A stretch of DNA of 64,000 nucleotides from Histomonas meleagridis 2922-C6/04-290x (GCA_020184695.1 JAANOX010000050.1:111105-175104), one strand, 5' to 3'. Positions 42,686 to 54,353 are shown, numbered from the stretch's first letter. Notes: generated by a model from the sequence alone, not told the origin. Numbers and translations are program-made.

Positions 42686-44113
42686 TTAATTTAATTTTAT
42701 ATACGGAGACAAATGCAAACGAATATTTTCATATGCATAAATAATTTGAGACCAATCCAAGAATTGTAGGAGCGACAACACCATAATCATAGTCAAAACA
42801 AATCCGGTTGTTGTATCACTATATCTTCCATTCATGTTTATAGCAAGAGACACTATTCCTATTAATGATGTCACGTGCATTTCTGTGCTTTCTTCATAAT
42901 GATAAAGGAGACCGTTAACTGTCATTGCAAAAATAAAAAAGAACGAAATCATCGTCTTCATGTCGAAAGTCTTCATCAAGAAGTAATGTGCCATCTGAAT
43001 GTATGCGAGTGTAGCTGCTGCTGTCGCTTGGATTCGATTTATATAACAAACGGAATAACTTCCATTTCCTTTCCATAAAAGAATCCATTTGTCAAGCATC
43101 AATAAACTTCGAAATATTTTGGTGATGCGAAGTGATTTAATTGACTTAAAGATTACGTCTTTGAGCTGCTTAAATAGGAATTCAAGAACCATAATGATAT
43201 GTTGAAGAGAAAGTGATCGATATGATGGAGTTGAAGAACTAACGAAATTTTGTGAAAACTGTTTAGAATAACTACTATTTATGGTCGGTAGGTATAAAAG
43301 GTGTACGGTGATAAAGAAAATAAAAATTGAAATAATTATAAACATATTGATAATCATTTGCTTCTTACAGCCAAAACGTAGATATGGCCACAAAATGGCA
43401 AAAACAACATAAGCAAGACAATGATAACTGGTAGAAAGCCCGAAAGATGCAAAAATTGCTTGAAAAATAACGGTCGCCTTCTGATGAATCGAATCAAATA
43501 CAAAATGATGTGAAAGAGAAGCAAACAAAATGGATGCAATACCAAATAATTGCATAAGCCCTGAAACACTTATAAGTCTTCCGGTAGATATAAGAGATGG
43601 TTCAATAAGACATAAGAAAGATCCGAAAAATGAGATAAACCTCGTACAACCAAATAATCGAAGGGTAACAAAAAGAAGTGGTATAGTAACCATTGAGCAA
43701 AAAGCTGATATAGATCGTATTGAAACATATACTGTAGATGGAATAACAAATGGTTGAGGTGGATTTAAATTATATTGAAAGTTGTACTCCATCTTTTTGC
43801 TTTGGAAATAAATGATTAAACCTCCAAGTGGTGGTGATTCATCGAAAAAAAAATCTTTTGAATTATATTGATGAATTTTATAAAGTGTTTGATTTTCGAA
43901 TAAACAAAAATCTCTTGGTTGATAAATCCTCCAAAATCGTGAAAATACACCAACAAATAATAGTAAAACAATAATAGCAATATCATAGCCATTAAACTTG
44001 AAAGGTATTAATAATGGATTTTTTTCCACTTTAGAAGTTTCGTTTTCTTGTTTTTCTTTTGTGCTTTGATCCTGCTCTAATATTTCATATTGCTCAAGGT
44101 TTCTTCTTTTCAT
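42686..44113 (-). CDS. Dolichyl-phosphate-mannose protein mannosyltransferase (PMT)-like
   Basis: SRFWRIYQP, FFFDESPPLGGLII, multiple TM segments. Probable ATG at 44113. Confidence 0.75.
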   Translation of the reverse strand: MKRRNLEQYEILEQDQSTKEKQENETSKVEKNPLLIPFKFNGYDIAIIVLLLFVGVFSRFWRIYQPRDFCLFENQTLYKIHQYNSKDFFFDESPPLGGLIIYFQSKKMEYNFQYNLNPPQPFVIPSTVYVSIRSISAFCSMVTIPLLFVTLRLFGCTRFISFFGSFLCLIEPSLISTGRLISVSGLMQLFGIASILFASLSHHFVFDSIHQKATVIFQAIFASFGLSTSYHCLAYVVFAILWPYLRFGCKKQMIINMFIIISIFIFFITVHLLYLPTINSSYSKQFSQNFVSSSTPSYRSLSLQHIIMVLEFLFKQLKDVIFKSIKSLRITKIFRSLLMLDKWILLWKGNGSYSVCYINRIQATAAATLAYIQMAHYFLMKTFDMKTMISFFFIFAMTVNGLLYHYEESTEMHVTSLIGIVSLAINMNGRYSDTTTGFVLTMIMVLSLLQFLDWSQIIYAYENIRLHLSPYIKLN

Positions 44114-44189
44114 ATTGCTTGGTAATTTCAATACTTTACCACTTTCAATTCCTTTGCACAAAAACCTTGCTAAGGTAACCGTTAACCAA

Positions 44190-45464
44190 ATGGGTTTGAA
44201 GAATCTTTCTTTTTCTTCATTCATTCTTTATGATCAACCAGTTGAAATAAAACTGAGTCCAAGGGCAATATGGTATATAATTTTTATCAATAGAATTAAA
44301 AACAATAATTCTTCAATTGATGAAATTAAACCAATTTCGTTAAATTATCAAATAAAAAATGCTCATGGATATAGTGAAGAAAAAGAAATATTATTTATGG
44401 ATCAAGGTGAATGTTGTCCAGTAAAACTCAATTTCAAAATACCTGCATCACAAATACTCCTATCATTAACAGAAAAAAACGAAATGATTAGGATTGTACT
44501 TGCAAGTACTGGAAATGAAAAATTTTCTCTTTTAACTCCTTCAAGAAATATATCATCAAATACCTCAATAACTAAGCTATCAAATGAATTAACACGAATT
44601 CATTCATCCAAATTTCCAGTTCAAACCATGTCTGCTATTCTTAATATGATTTATCCAGATTCTTTTTTCTATGATAATTCCTACCAATTTCGTAAGATTC
44701 CACCAACTTTTTCTAATCTTATGAACATAGCATTTAAGAGGATTGGGAAAGAAGCTGTTCTTGATGAAATCATCCAATTAGTTAATTTCATTGATCTTAA
44801 TATAACGAATACTTCAACACTTAGTTTAGGGTTTGGCCTCTTTTTGCTATATGTAATGAATACATATAGCGAAACGATTAGTTACATATTACCAGTTTCA
44901 TTAGGGAAAACAAATTATTTATATTTTTTGGCACTTTTTACATTTTTGAACGATAGAAAACTCATCAAAAAAATATTTTCGATTCCACCTTCATATAAAC
45001 CATATATAGACAATGAAATGCTTTCAGTTATTTTATCATATGTTATACGCAATCAAGAGACTATACATTTTGGTATATTAAATTTGTTTTCATATATTTC
45101 CCCTCAAGAAGAAATCGAATTAATATTCGATGACGAAATGATAATTGGTGTTAATAAAACAATGAAACTCGAAATAAGTGATTCAAGTGATGTAATATCT
45201 GTTAATGATAATACAAAAGAAGTTTCACTTGAAACACAAAAATGTTTCGACTTCCAAAAATCCGAAAAAGTAAAACTTTCGCTTACAAATCAAGTACAGG
45301 TCGACATACAAAGATTGCGGCCTTACGGCGATTTGGAGAAAGTGGAACTGGAGCCGGTGTTCATAAAATGGAAGAAAGAGAACCCGACTTTTGTATACAC
45401 GCTGATGGGAGTGGTGCCGGTATTTCTCTCTGTTGTTTTGTATGTGCTTCTTCGAATAAATTAA
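44190..45464 (+). CDS. Hypothetical protein with a C-terminal TM segment
   Basis: Long ORF ending FVYTLMGVVPVFLSVVLYVLLRIN; start uncertain. Confidence 0.7.
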   Translation: MGLKNLSFSSFILYDQPVEIKLSPRAIWYIIFINRIKNNNSSIDEIKPISLNYQIKNAHGYSEEKEILFMDQGECCPVKLNFKIPASQILLSLTEKNEMIRIVLASTGNEKFSLLTPSRNISSNTSITKLSNELTRIHSSKFPVQTMSAILNMIYPDSFFYDNSYQFRKIPPTFSNLMNIAFKRIGKEAVLDEIIQLVNFIDLNITNTSTLSLGFGLFLLYVMNTYSETISYILPVSLGKTNYLYFLALFTFLNDRKLIKKIFSIPPSYKPYIDNEMLSVILSYVIRNQETIHFGILNLFSYISPQEEIELIFDDEMIIGVNKTMKLEISDSSDVISVNDNTKEVSLETQKCFDFQKSEKVKLSLTNQVQVDIQRLRPYGDLEKVELEPVFIKWKKENPTFVYTLMGVVPVFLSVVLYVLLRIN

Positions 45465-46116
45465 ATCTAAAATATCTTTTTGAAATGTGTTCATGAAATG
45501 TTTTGTTAACTTTTTTGTATGAGAAGAAATCAAATTTTATTTAATATGAATTATAAGTGCCAAAAATCCGGATCACTATCAGTATTATGTACATATATAT
45601 GAATAATATGAAATTCTGTATCAATATATTGCATAAACTAAAACTTACCTTAATATATTGTAATAATTGAAAACCTTAGTGATCAAAATGTAAGTAAATT
45701 AAAATTATAATGAGAATTGATACGTAATATTATCATATATGAATACAAGAAAATAAAATATGTATATTTATGTCAAATGTTTCGCAATGGTATTTCCCTT
45801 AAAAAAATATATCAAACACATAAATTTATGCAAAAATTTTTCATTCTTCAAAGAGTAGTGTAAATTCCACAAAGTAAACTATTTCAGAAATTAGTTTGAG
45901 AATACAGGAGGAAAAAAGCATAAAGAAAATAATATTTTCATAGCTGTTTTGAAAATACATAAAGATAATAACTCAAGTGAAACATGTGTAGCATATATTA
46001 TATAATTTATTTACATAATTTCTAAATATTTTAAGAAGAAAAAGACATGAAAAGACTTACATATAAATGAAAAATTTATTATATTTGATGATTTTGAAAA
46101 GCAAAATAACAAAACT

Positions 46117-46821
46117 TTAATTTGAATTTTTTTCTTCATTCTTCCAAGAAATAAGACTTTTTTTCATCATTTTTAATATCATAGATGATTCATCAAACTG
46201 GTCATCATCCAATTCGTCTAAAGCATTCATTGCATTATGGTACAAAGTCTCTGCGAGTTGTATCGCTTCTTGTTTATTTCCACAAACTTCATAAAGGAAA
46301 GTCGCTCTACTAAACCCAATTCCAAGATAATCTGGATGTGCATCTCCAAATGCTTTGATTGTCTCACTAAGTTGTTTGTTTGCTTCTTTATATTTTTGAT
46401 TGTATTCTTCTTTGTCAAAATATTCTGTTAAATATCGATAAAAATCACATTTTAATTTGATATAAAATATCGTTGATTTATTATCACAGCAAGAACTTTC
46501 AAGGACCGAAACATTTTGTAAAAGATCAATACAATAATCTTCAAGTTCTTTCAGAATTTTCTGTTGATAATCTTGTAATTTTGATAAAAGATTTGGATCT
46601 CTTTGAGCAGAGTCACTTTGAAGAATGGCATTTACTGCGCGAAGTGCATTACGACATGAACTCACAAGGCTTTTGTAACCAATGTAAAAAAGATTTCTTT
46701 CTTCATTAGTTAAATTTGAATCAACTACTATAATTTTTTTAATATATTGAATCACATCTTGATAGCGCTCTGCTTTGTCACAAACAGATGCCATAAAAAA
46801 GTTCAAATCGCGTTCAGACAT
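46117..46821 (-). CDS. Divergent 14-3-3 protein
   Basis: DKAERYQDV, LTNEERNLFYIGYKSLV, FYIKLKCDFYRYL, SSMILKMMKKSLISW. Confidence 0.9.
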   Translation of the reverse strand: MSERDLNFFMASVCDKAERYQDVIQYIKKIIVVDSNLTNEERNLFYIGYKSLVSSCRNALRAVNAILQSDSAQRDPNLLSKLQDYQQKILKELEDYCIDLLQNVSVLESSCCDNKSTIFYIKLKCDFYRYLTEYFDKEEYNQKYKEANKQLSETIKAFGDAHPDYLGIGFSRATFLYEVCGNKQEAIQLAETLYHNAMNALDELDDDQFDESSMILKMMKKSLISWKNEEKNSN

Positions 46822-46922
46822 AAATTTCACTTTTTGAGATGATTGGCAAATTTCAAGCTGAAAAAATGTCAGTTTTGTACACAAAATTTATTTTATCTTA
46901 CAAATCGCGAAAATATATTTTT

Positions 46923-47984
46923 CTATTTCTTTTTCTTCTTGAAGTCCAGTGCCTCTCTGTACACTTGGTTCCTATATTCCCTCACAGTATATCTTTGTGA
47001 GTCATCAAGTGACATTTTTATCTTTCTTGGACAACTAATTTCCCTTTCTACTTTGTGGAACCTCTCCAAATACGGATGCGCTAAACACTCCTCTGCATTG
47101 GGCCTTTTGTACTGGTTGAATTCCAGTAATTTCTTTATTAAATCAAGCGCCTCAGGACATGCATTTGGAAGCTTCTCCTCGAGAACAAGCTTCGGCCGTG
47201 AGTACATAAGGTTGGAGAGCATAGTTTGTGTGATTGGGCTTTGGATACTTTCAATATCGCTTTGTGATGGAGGACCAGTGTATGAGACAATGCGTTCAAG
47301 TTGATCCATGGTGGATGCGCCTGGGAAAAGAGGCCGTCCGCCAATGAGTTCCGCAAGAATGCAGCCCGCAGCCCACATATCGAGGCCGATGCCATATTTA
47401 CCAGATCCTAAAAGAATTTCTGGAGATCGATACCAGCGAGTAGCTATGTAATCAGTGAGATTGTCGTTTTCAGTTGGGCTGTTGATAGCACGTGATAATC
47501 CAAAATCACATACTTTGATAGAAGCATCACTATTGATGAGCATATTGGATGGCTTAAGATCACGGTGAATAATGCCAGCAGAATGAATATATTTGAGAGC
47601 ACAACATAGTTGCCAGAAGATATAACGTTGATGAATATCAAGAAGAATGTTGGCACGTATAACTGCGTGAACATCGGTCTCCATGCACTCGAAAGATAGG
47701 TATAAGTCACAGTCGTTTTCAGAACGATGAACTGCTAATAATCCGACAATAAAGGGATGGTCTCTAAGATGTCTGAGAAATGTAATTTCACGGTATGTTC
47801 TCTGTGCATCAGTAGTATTTTGAAAAGCACAAAAAACTTTTTTGAGTGCAACAATTTGATTTGTTTTTCGATCTAATGCACGCCATACAATACCATATGC
47901 GCCTTTCCCTATTTTCTTGATGATCTCATACCGGCGTAGAATTTGTTTGTCAAGATTGTCCATTCCATCGTCATCATCATCCAT
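46923..47984 (-). CDS. MAP kinase, ERK7/MAPK15-like (TDY)
   Basis: GKGAYGIVW, FQNTTDAQRTYREI, HRDLKPSN, LTDYIATRWYRSPEILLGS. Confidence 0.95.
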   Translation of the reverse strand: MDDDDDGMDNLDKQILRRYEIIKKIGKGAYGIVWRALDRKTNQIVALKKVFCAFQNTTDAQRTYREITFLRHLRDHPFIVGLLAVHRSENDCDLYLSFECMETDVHAVIRANILLDIHQRYIFWQLCCALKYIHSAGIIHRDLKPSNMLINSDASIKVCDFGLSRAINSPTENDNLTDYIATRWYRSPEILLGSGKYGIGLDMWAAGCILAELIGGRPLFPGASTMDQLERIVSYTGPPSQSDIESIQSPITQTMLSNLMYSRPKLVLEEKLPNACPEALDLIKKLLEFNQYKRPNAEECLAHPYLERFHKVEREISCPRKIKMSLDDSQRYTVREYRNQVYREALDFKKKKK

Positions 47985-48101
47985 TTTTTTAATTAACGTA
48001 TATATGCGACATGTTATGCGAAATATAATTTGATTAATTATAAAAATTGTTACGCAAAAAAAGAAAAGAAATGGTTATTAGAGACTCATGATGATGAAGA
48101 A

Positions 48102-49346
48102 ATGCAAGAAAAACAAAGGGTTTCTTTTCTAATTTCTTCAATATTAAGCAAAAGTCCAATGGATATCAATGAATTCAACGAATTAACATTATCTTTAGAA
48201 AATAGTAATATTGATTTCGGTACAATGAATGGGTTTTACAATATTTTTGAAGTATTTTCACAATACAAATATCAATATCTAAATGAAGTTTTATTTTTTT
48301 GCTATATTATCATAAAAAAACAAAGTGAAGAAATAGCTTTAAGACTAATAGAAAAGGGATTTATAGAGTTTTTAATTGATGGATTTAAATATGATGGATT
48401 TAATATTAAAATTGCTTTTAAAGCACTATCACTATTAACAAACAAAAACATTGGCTTTCATAACCATGTGTTATTTTGCTTTCATTCACATAATAATGGT
48501 CAAATTGGAATTTTCAATTATCTGAATAGTTTTCCGAACATTCGTAATTCTATCACCAAACTAATTCGTTCTTTCCTTGTATATGAACTTTCTTCAGTCA
48601 ACGACCTTATTGAGCTTATTGATTCCATTTCATTTTTAATCAATTTACCAGATCGAAACATCAAACTTAAACATACAATAAATTCAATCCGTCTTTTAAT
48701 ATATCAAAAGCAACTTCCATATGAATATTTTATTAGTTCCAATCTGATACAAAATGTACAAAATTTGTATTTTGATGATGAAGCATCGATTCATATTTGC
48801 GTTTGCATTGGTTCATTCATTGAAATGTTTCCATATAATTCGATTAACATTAATATATCGCAAATCTTCTCAAGTATAACCTCATCTAATGATAAATTAA
48901 GGACTTCTTCTTCATGGTGCATTGGAATGATTGCGCATAAGAGCAAAGAACTTCTTTTTGAGTTTGATGTTGTTTCATATTTGAAGCAATTGAATACTTT
49001 ATTCGAAAATTCCACTTTTGAAGATAAAATTTCATATTATTTCCCGATTATTACGATTTCAAAGATTTGTAATATTGAGCAGTTAATTGAAGTGTGTAAT
49101 TGCGGCTTGATAATGACATATGTTGAAATACTAAATACAAAATCAGTGTTATTACTTGATGAAACACTTCATTTGTTTTTGGTAATCATCGAAAACGGAA
49201 TTCAATTTGACGAAAGTGTTTTAATAAATACATTAAACGATATAAGAAGTGCGGATGATTTTAACCATTTAGAAGGTACGAGAATTCATTCGTTAATGGA
49301 TTTAATATTTCAACAGATATTGAATGAGGAATCCGAAAATATTTAA
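48102..49346 (+). CDS. ARM-like hypothetical protein
   Basis: Long ORF with a helical pattern (LRTSSSWCIGMIA). Confidence 0.7.
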   Translation: MQEKQRVSFLISSILSKSPMDINEFNELTLSLENSNIDFGTMNGFYNIFEVFSQYKYQYLNEVLFFCYIIIKKQSEEIALRLIEKGFIEFLIDGFKYDGFNIKIAFKALSLLTNKNIGFHNHVLFCFHSHNNGQIGIFNYLNSFPNIRNSITKLIRSFLVYELSSVNDLIELIDSISFLINLPDRNIKLKHTINSIRLLIYQKQLPYEYFISSNLIQNVQNLYFDDEASIHICVCIGSFIEMFPYNSININISQIFSSITSSNDKLRTSSSWCIGMIAHKSKELLFEFDVVSYLKQLNTLFENSTFEDKISYYFPIITISKICNIEQLIEVCNCGLIMTYVEILNTKSVLLLDETLHLFLVIIENGIQFDESVLINTLNDIRSADDFNHLEGTRIHSLMDLIFQQILNEESENI

Positions 49347-49561
49347 ATAAAGTAAATATAAATATTTAATGTTTTGTTGTGTATCAATTTTTATACTCTA
49401 ATATAAATTTAACCTTTTTTTGGAGTGCACTGTTATTTACATCAAAATAATTTCTTTTTTTTTATTTTTGCTGAAAATCGTAATTGTATTCAAGAGTAAC
49501 ACACAAAAACAAATTATTTTACTTCTATTAAAATTTGATATTAAACATTTCGAACTAATTT

Positions 49562-50461
49562 TTAATCAAATTCTTCAAATAGAGGAGGCTGAACATTGTA
49601 ATCTTCATACGCGGCCTTTCCATCGTTTTGCACATATTCGTTTTTCTTTTCTTCTTTATCCTCATCTTCGACATATTTGTCACTTAATTCCTCTTCTTCC
49701 TGAGTCGTTTCCATTGCCATTGGTTTAGCAATTACAACAGGCGCAGGCGGAGCCACTTGTTCAGTCATTGCTTTCTCTATAGTTACTTCAATTGCTTTCG
49801 CAGTTTCTTCGCTTTGTAACTTAAGTGAGTAGATGAGATCGCGAAGCTCAACAAGTTTACGTATCTCATTTTGCATGGCATCTTTGAGCGCGTTGTTATA
49901 CCGTGAAAATCCTTCTCTTGTTCTCCTGACTTTGAATTTGTTATATACATCTTTGGTATTCGCCATTTGAAGGGCTTTTCGCTTGCTGCGCCTTAGTGCA
50001 TCTTCTTTGGCTTTTTTGGCATCGGCAAGTTGTTGCTCGAGCTTAACACGATATTTTTCGTAATTAGGTTTCTGTGATTCAACTTCTATCTTCTTATGTG
50101 AATCCTCAAGATTGTGGGTTGCTTCGACATATTGTTGCTTGCGTGTGATATACTCTTGATTTACACGGTAAACAACTGAAAACCTTTCGATAACATCTCG
50201 AAAATCTTCCGCTGCTCTTTCTTCTTCATTAGCTAATTTGTAGTGTATTTCGGAAATATCACTAAAAAGTTGTCTTACTTCTTCAAGTTTTTGCTTAAGC
50301 TCTGGAATTTGTGAAATCAACATTACACAGGAAGTTGACCCAATATCTGACCAAGATTTGGCATAAGCTCTCCTTCCTTCATAAGCCTGAACCAAGCCAG
50401 CATATACAACTGAAGCTTCTTGACATATTTGCTTCTTTTTATTAAAAGAGAATATATTCAT
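49562..50461 (-). CDS. Coiled-coil protein, BAR/sorting-nexin-like
   Basis: Amphipathic helices (AEDFRDVIERFSVVYR) and an acidic tail. Confidence 0.65.
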   Translation of the reverse strand: MNIFSFNKKKQICQEASVVYAGLVQAYEGRRAYAKSWSDIGSTSCVMLISQIPELKQKLEEVRQLFSDISEIHYKLANEEERAAEDFRDVIERFSVVYRVNQEYITRKQQYVEATHNLEDSHKKIEVESQKPNYEKYRVKLEQQLADAKKAKEDALRRSKRKALQMANTKDVYNKFKVRRTREGFSRYNNALKDAMQNEIRKLVELRDLIYSLKLQSEETAKAIEVTIEKAMTEQVAPPAPVVIAKPMAMETTQEEEELSDKYVEDEDKEEKKNEYVQNDGKAAYEDYNVQPPLFEEFD

Positions 50462-50883
50462 ATGGAAGAATTGTTTTTGTCGTTTAATGCGTAAATTCTC
50501 AATTTTTTGAATAAAATTCAATTATATTGAATTTTAAACGGAGTTGTGATCTCGCTAAACGCACCAGATTGCAAACCAAATTTTGGACCAAAAAAGCTAA
50601 TACTGCTAAACTTTCAAATGGGACATTATTTTTAAACTTTTTATTTTCTCTATTTTTTACATATTTATGCATTTTCAATTTAACAAACTTGACAATTATA
50701 TAACATGTTAACATTTTGTGAAAAAAATAAAAATAAAAAATAAGAAAAAACTTCATTGACGTCAATAAAGCAAATGTTTCCCTGGATTTAAAGCTTTTAA
50801 TATCATCAGAAGCAAAAGACTAGTTTCGAAGAGCAAACAAAGCTTCTGAATTTTGAATTAAACCGCTTTGGCCATCCTTTCTA

Positions 50884-51276
50884 ATGCCTTACACACAGTT
50901 CGTTGAATTTGGCCGTGTTGCACTTATTTCATACGGCCCACTTGCTGACAAGCTTGCTGTAATTGTTGATATTGTTGATGACAAGCGCGTTATGATCGAT
51001 GTCATTGGATCCCAAGAATCACGTCAAATGATCCCAATCAAACGCCTTAAGCTTACAGAAATTGTTGTCAAGATCGAGCGTGCTGCCAAGAAGGATGTTG
51101 TTGCTGCTGCTGTTAAGGAAGCTGATGCAGTTGCAAAATTCGAAGCAACAAAATGGGGAAAGAATCTCAGAGCAGCAGAAGCAAAGTCTCAGATGAATGA
51201 TTTCCAACGCTTCAAGCATGCTAAGCTTGCTGCAAAACGTGCCCAACTCGTTAAGGAACAACTTGCAAAGAACTAA
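50884..51276 (+). CDS. RPL14: 60S ribosomal protein L14
   Basis: FVEFGRVALISYGP..KLAVIVDIVD, MNDFQRFK. Confidence 0.97.
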   Translation: MPYTQFVEFGRVALISYGPLADKLAVIVDIVDDKRVMIDVIGSQESRQMIPIKRLKLTEIVVKIERAAKKDVVAAAVKEADAVAKFEATKWGKNLRAAEAKSQMNDFQRFKHAKLAAKRAQLVKEQLAKN

Positions 51277-51411
51277 ATCGATTCAATTTTCTAAAATTTG
51301 CAAAGGCTTCATTTTCATTATTCTGGCTTTACATGGCGCAAATTAAACAAAGAACTTATTTTTTGAGTTTATTCAAAAATCGATATGATGATATAGGAAA
51401 GATTTTTTCAT

Positions 51412-51993
51412 TTACTTAAAGGACATATTAGGGGAGGGGAGGTTCCTTTTAATTAAAGGAATGGGTTGGAATCCTGGTTCTGTATTTGAATTTTTGGGAG
51501 TTCTATATCTTAACACAGTATACCACCTGTTTTTAACAGAACATGATGTCCTGCCAGGAAGTGCCTGTGCAATTAAGCTCCAATGGTTACCAATCCTTTG
51601 GCGTTCTGATATTATTATGTCATCTTCCCATTTTTCAAATGGAGTTCTTCGAACCTCTGGGTTCAACTTAACAAGCCACCTTTCGTAGCATTGCTTTGGA
51701 GTATGAACCCGTACTTTTTGAGAAACGGATTTCCAATTTATTGGCTCTGTTTCTGCAATTGACATAAGTAATATTTCATCTTCTGCTTCTGTCCAACTCC
51801 CTTTTATTTGGGCGCTCTCTTTTTCGAGTGTAGAAAAAGAATTTTTTATTCTTTGGAATAATAAAGCATCTGTTTGAGGTAAAGGTAATTCTGTAATTGG
51901 AGGGATCTTATAACTTAGTTTCCCGGGAGAATTATGTGCAATTTGGATTGTGTTAACTATTGGTGGAAAAATAATATCTGCAGAGTTCATCAT
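51412..51993 (-). CDS. R2R3 Myb transcription factor
   Basis: KGSWTEAEDEIL, PKQCYERW, FEKWEDDIII..IGNHWSLIAQALPGRTSCSVKNRW. Start uncertain (ORF open to 52236). Confidence 0.9.
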   Translation of the reverse strand: MMNSADIIFPPIVNTIQIAHNSPGKLSYKIPPITELPLPQTDALLFQRIKNSFSTLEKESAQIKGSWTEAEDEILLMSIAETEPINWKSVSQKVRVHTPKQCYERWLVKLNPEVRRTPFEKWEDDIIISERQRIGNHWSLIAQALPGRTSCSVKNRWYTVLRYRTPKNSNTEPGFQPIPLIKRNLPSPNMSFK

Positions 51994-52729
51994 GAAAGTT
52001 TTGGTTTGTTGGGTGAAAAAAACAATTTCTATGCGGTTTATCAATTCACACAAAATTGAGATGGATGCGCATAATATCGTCGGATTTTGAACGACATAAT
52101 TCAATTTTGATAAGTGGACTTTGTATGAAATTTGACACTGTGAAAGTACGCTAAAATTGTTGGGGAACCCATAAAAATAAAACTTTGAAAACTCTGAATT
52201 TTGATAGAACAAGACTTTCTCAGGATTTTTTGACACGAACGTTTCCTCAATTTTCGTTCGTTTTATGACGATTTACAACGTCGAATTTTGAATGTAGTGT
52301 GATTACTTTTGAGGATAAATCTATTGACAAAAACTGTTTTCCCCAATATTGCCAGATTGGGAGCAAAGCTTTCTTACTGATGTTTTCTCCAATCACTTGT
52401 TTTGGAGCTTTAAGGTTTGTTTTTTTCCTCTCATAATCTGATAGCATTTTTTCTTAAATTTTATAAAAACTCAACACTTTAAAGATTTCAAGAGATCTTT
52501 GGTAACAAAGATTTTCTTTGAGGAATCCTTTTTTTTGTGTTATTGGCCAAACTTTTACTTTCATTTGTTGTATGTGCAAAACAAGCGATAAAGAAAATAG
52601 GGGGGTCTGCTCCCCTATCGTTGTCATTGTTTGAGAGAAAATTTTCCTGTCAAATAACACGGTTTTGCCGTTTTAACTGTCAAGTCAATTGAATGTCAGT
52701 TTTCGGTTTTTGCTTGGCCACTTTGGAAA

Positions 52730-53371
52730 ATGTCAAATCAGTTACCATTGGAACCAAAGACAATCTACATCACAAACATCAACTTCAGGACAGATGGCAA
52801 TGCCCTTGCTCAATTCTTCGAGAAGTATGGTAAAGTTAAATCAGGTCGCATTCTTTCTGAATATTATCGTGGAAAGGCCATTTCAAGAGGTATTGGCTTC
52901 ATAGAATTTGAAACTGTCGAAGGTTTCGATGCTGCCATGAAAGCTTACCAAGATGCACGCGAAAAGAAAGAATACATTCAACTTGATGGCCGTTCTCTTT
53001 TCATCAGGCAAGCCAGAGCACGTCAAGAACGCAAGAGGGATGCTGCTTTCATTGGTTCAATCCCAGAAGGAACAACAGTTGATGATCTCAAGAATGCTTT
53101 CAAGAATTACAATGCCGTCGATGCCAAGATCATCCGCACCAACACCGACAAAATCAAGGGATTCGCTTTTGTCAAGTTCGCAACATCTGAGGATCAAACA
53201 AAGGCTGTCAAGGAAAATAAGAAGATCGAACTCAAAGGAAAAGAATCAATCGTTCGTTTCGCCAGACGTGACTACGATGCCCCAAGGAAGCGCAGAATCA
53301 TTCGCCGTCGTAGGGGTCCACGCCGTGCACCAAAGAGGGAACCAGAAACAGCTGAAGCTACAAAGCAATAA
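52730..53371 (+). CDS. RNA-binding protein with two RRM domains and a basic tail
   Basis: IYITNI, RGIGFIEF, AFIGSI, KGFAFVKF. Confidence 0.92.
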   Translation: MSNQLPLEPKTIYITNINFRTDGNALAQFFEKYGKVKSGRILSEYYRGKAISRGIGFIEFETVEGFDAAMKAYQDAREKKEYIQLDGRSLFIRQARARQERKRDAAFIGSIPEGTTVDDLKNAFKNYNAVDAKIIRTNTDKIKGFAFVKFATSEDQTKAVKENKKIELKGKESIVRFARRDYDAPRKRRIIRRRRGPRRAPKREPETAEATKQ

Positions 53372-54353
53372 ATCAGTAAACATCTGATTTCTTACATACA
53401 TTGTATTCTTTTCTCTAAGGATAAATAAATTTATTGATTAATCAGTTGATTTGGTTTAAGATTTTCAACACGTTAACCATTTTCCTGATAGTAGAAATAG
53501 TTATACAGAATAGTTCCACACTTAATGCTTACAAAATGTAATACCTTCAATTTTGTTGAATTTTCACCTGCAGAATATAATGATTGTGTAGCAAAATGGT
53601 GAAGTTTTTACTCCATGTGCGAAAATGGTGCTTGGAAGATCAAAAAGTAAATGAACTAATACCAAAATCGTGATGATATTTGAAAGTTCAAATTTATAAA
53701 TATTTTATATATTATTTTCATTTGCTTCACATTTGGTCATTAAGAATAAATAAAATTAAAAAAATACTGGTAAGCTTATATAAAAAGTCATTATTTAAAA
53801 ATAGGCGAACTATACATGTTAAAACTTTCCGGGTATTAAACAAATGAAGATAAGAGAAGTGAGGCTAAAGAATGTATATAATTAATGTTCACATAAATAA
53901 CCTCTTAAGACAAAACGCAGCTGTGTATCACTAACATAATTTTAAAATGTATAATTACACAAAGAAAATAATTTTAATTGGATGATAAAGAATAAATAAA
54001 TAAAATTATATAATGCTCTGATCCCATCATACTTAAAAATTAAATAAGTTTATTTCATCAGTGATATATAACTACAATAAATGATCTTGGCCGGCAATCT
54101 CAACACCATGAAAAGCATAATTTCAAAGTTTTAAAAGCCATATGTATGACTGCTTATAATTTTGAGAAGTTTTCCTATCAAAAAGAAATAAATTGTATGC
54201 ATAAACAGAAAGAATAAATTAATATTAAAACATGAAAATTGTTTGTGTTCATTTAAAGTTTTCCAATATTTCCACAATAAAATTATAAATCATACAGACA
54301 ACGAAATATTGTTTTATTTTCGATTATGTTTCTTTTTAATAATGATTTCGAAA

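Noticed and set aside
44115-44224. Apparent 5' overlap of the PMT-like gene and the plus-strand ORF
   Set aside because: It depends on a TTG start and the furthest upstream ATG; the ATGs at 44113 and 44190 remove the overlap.
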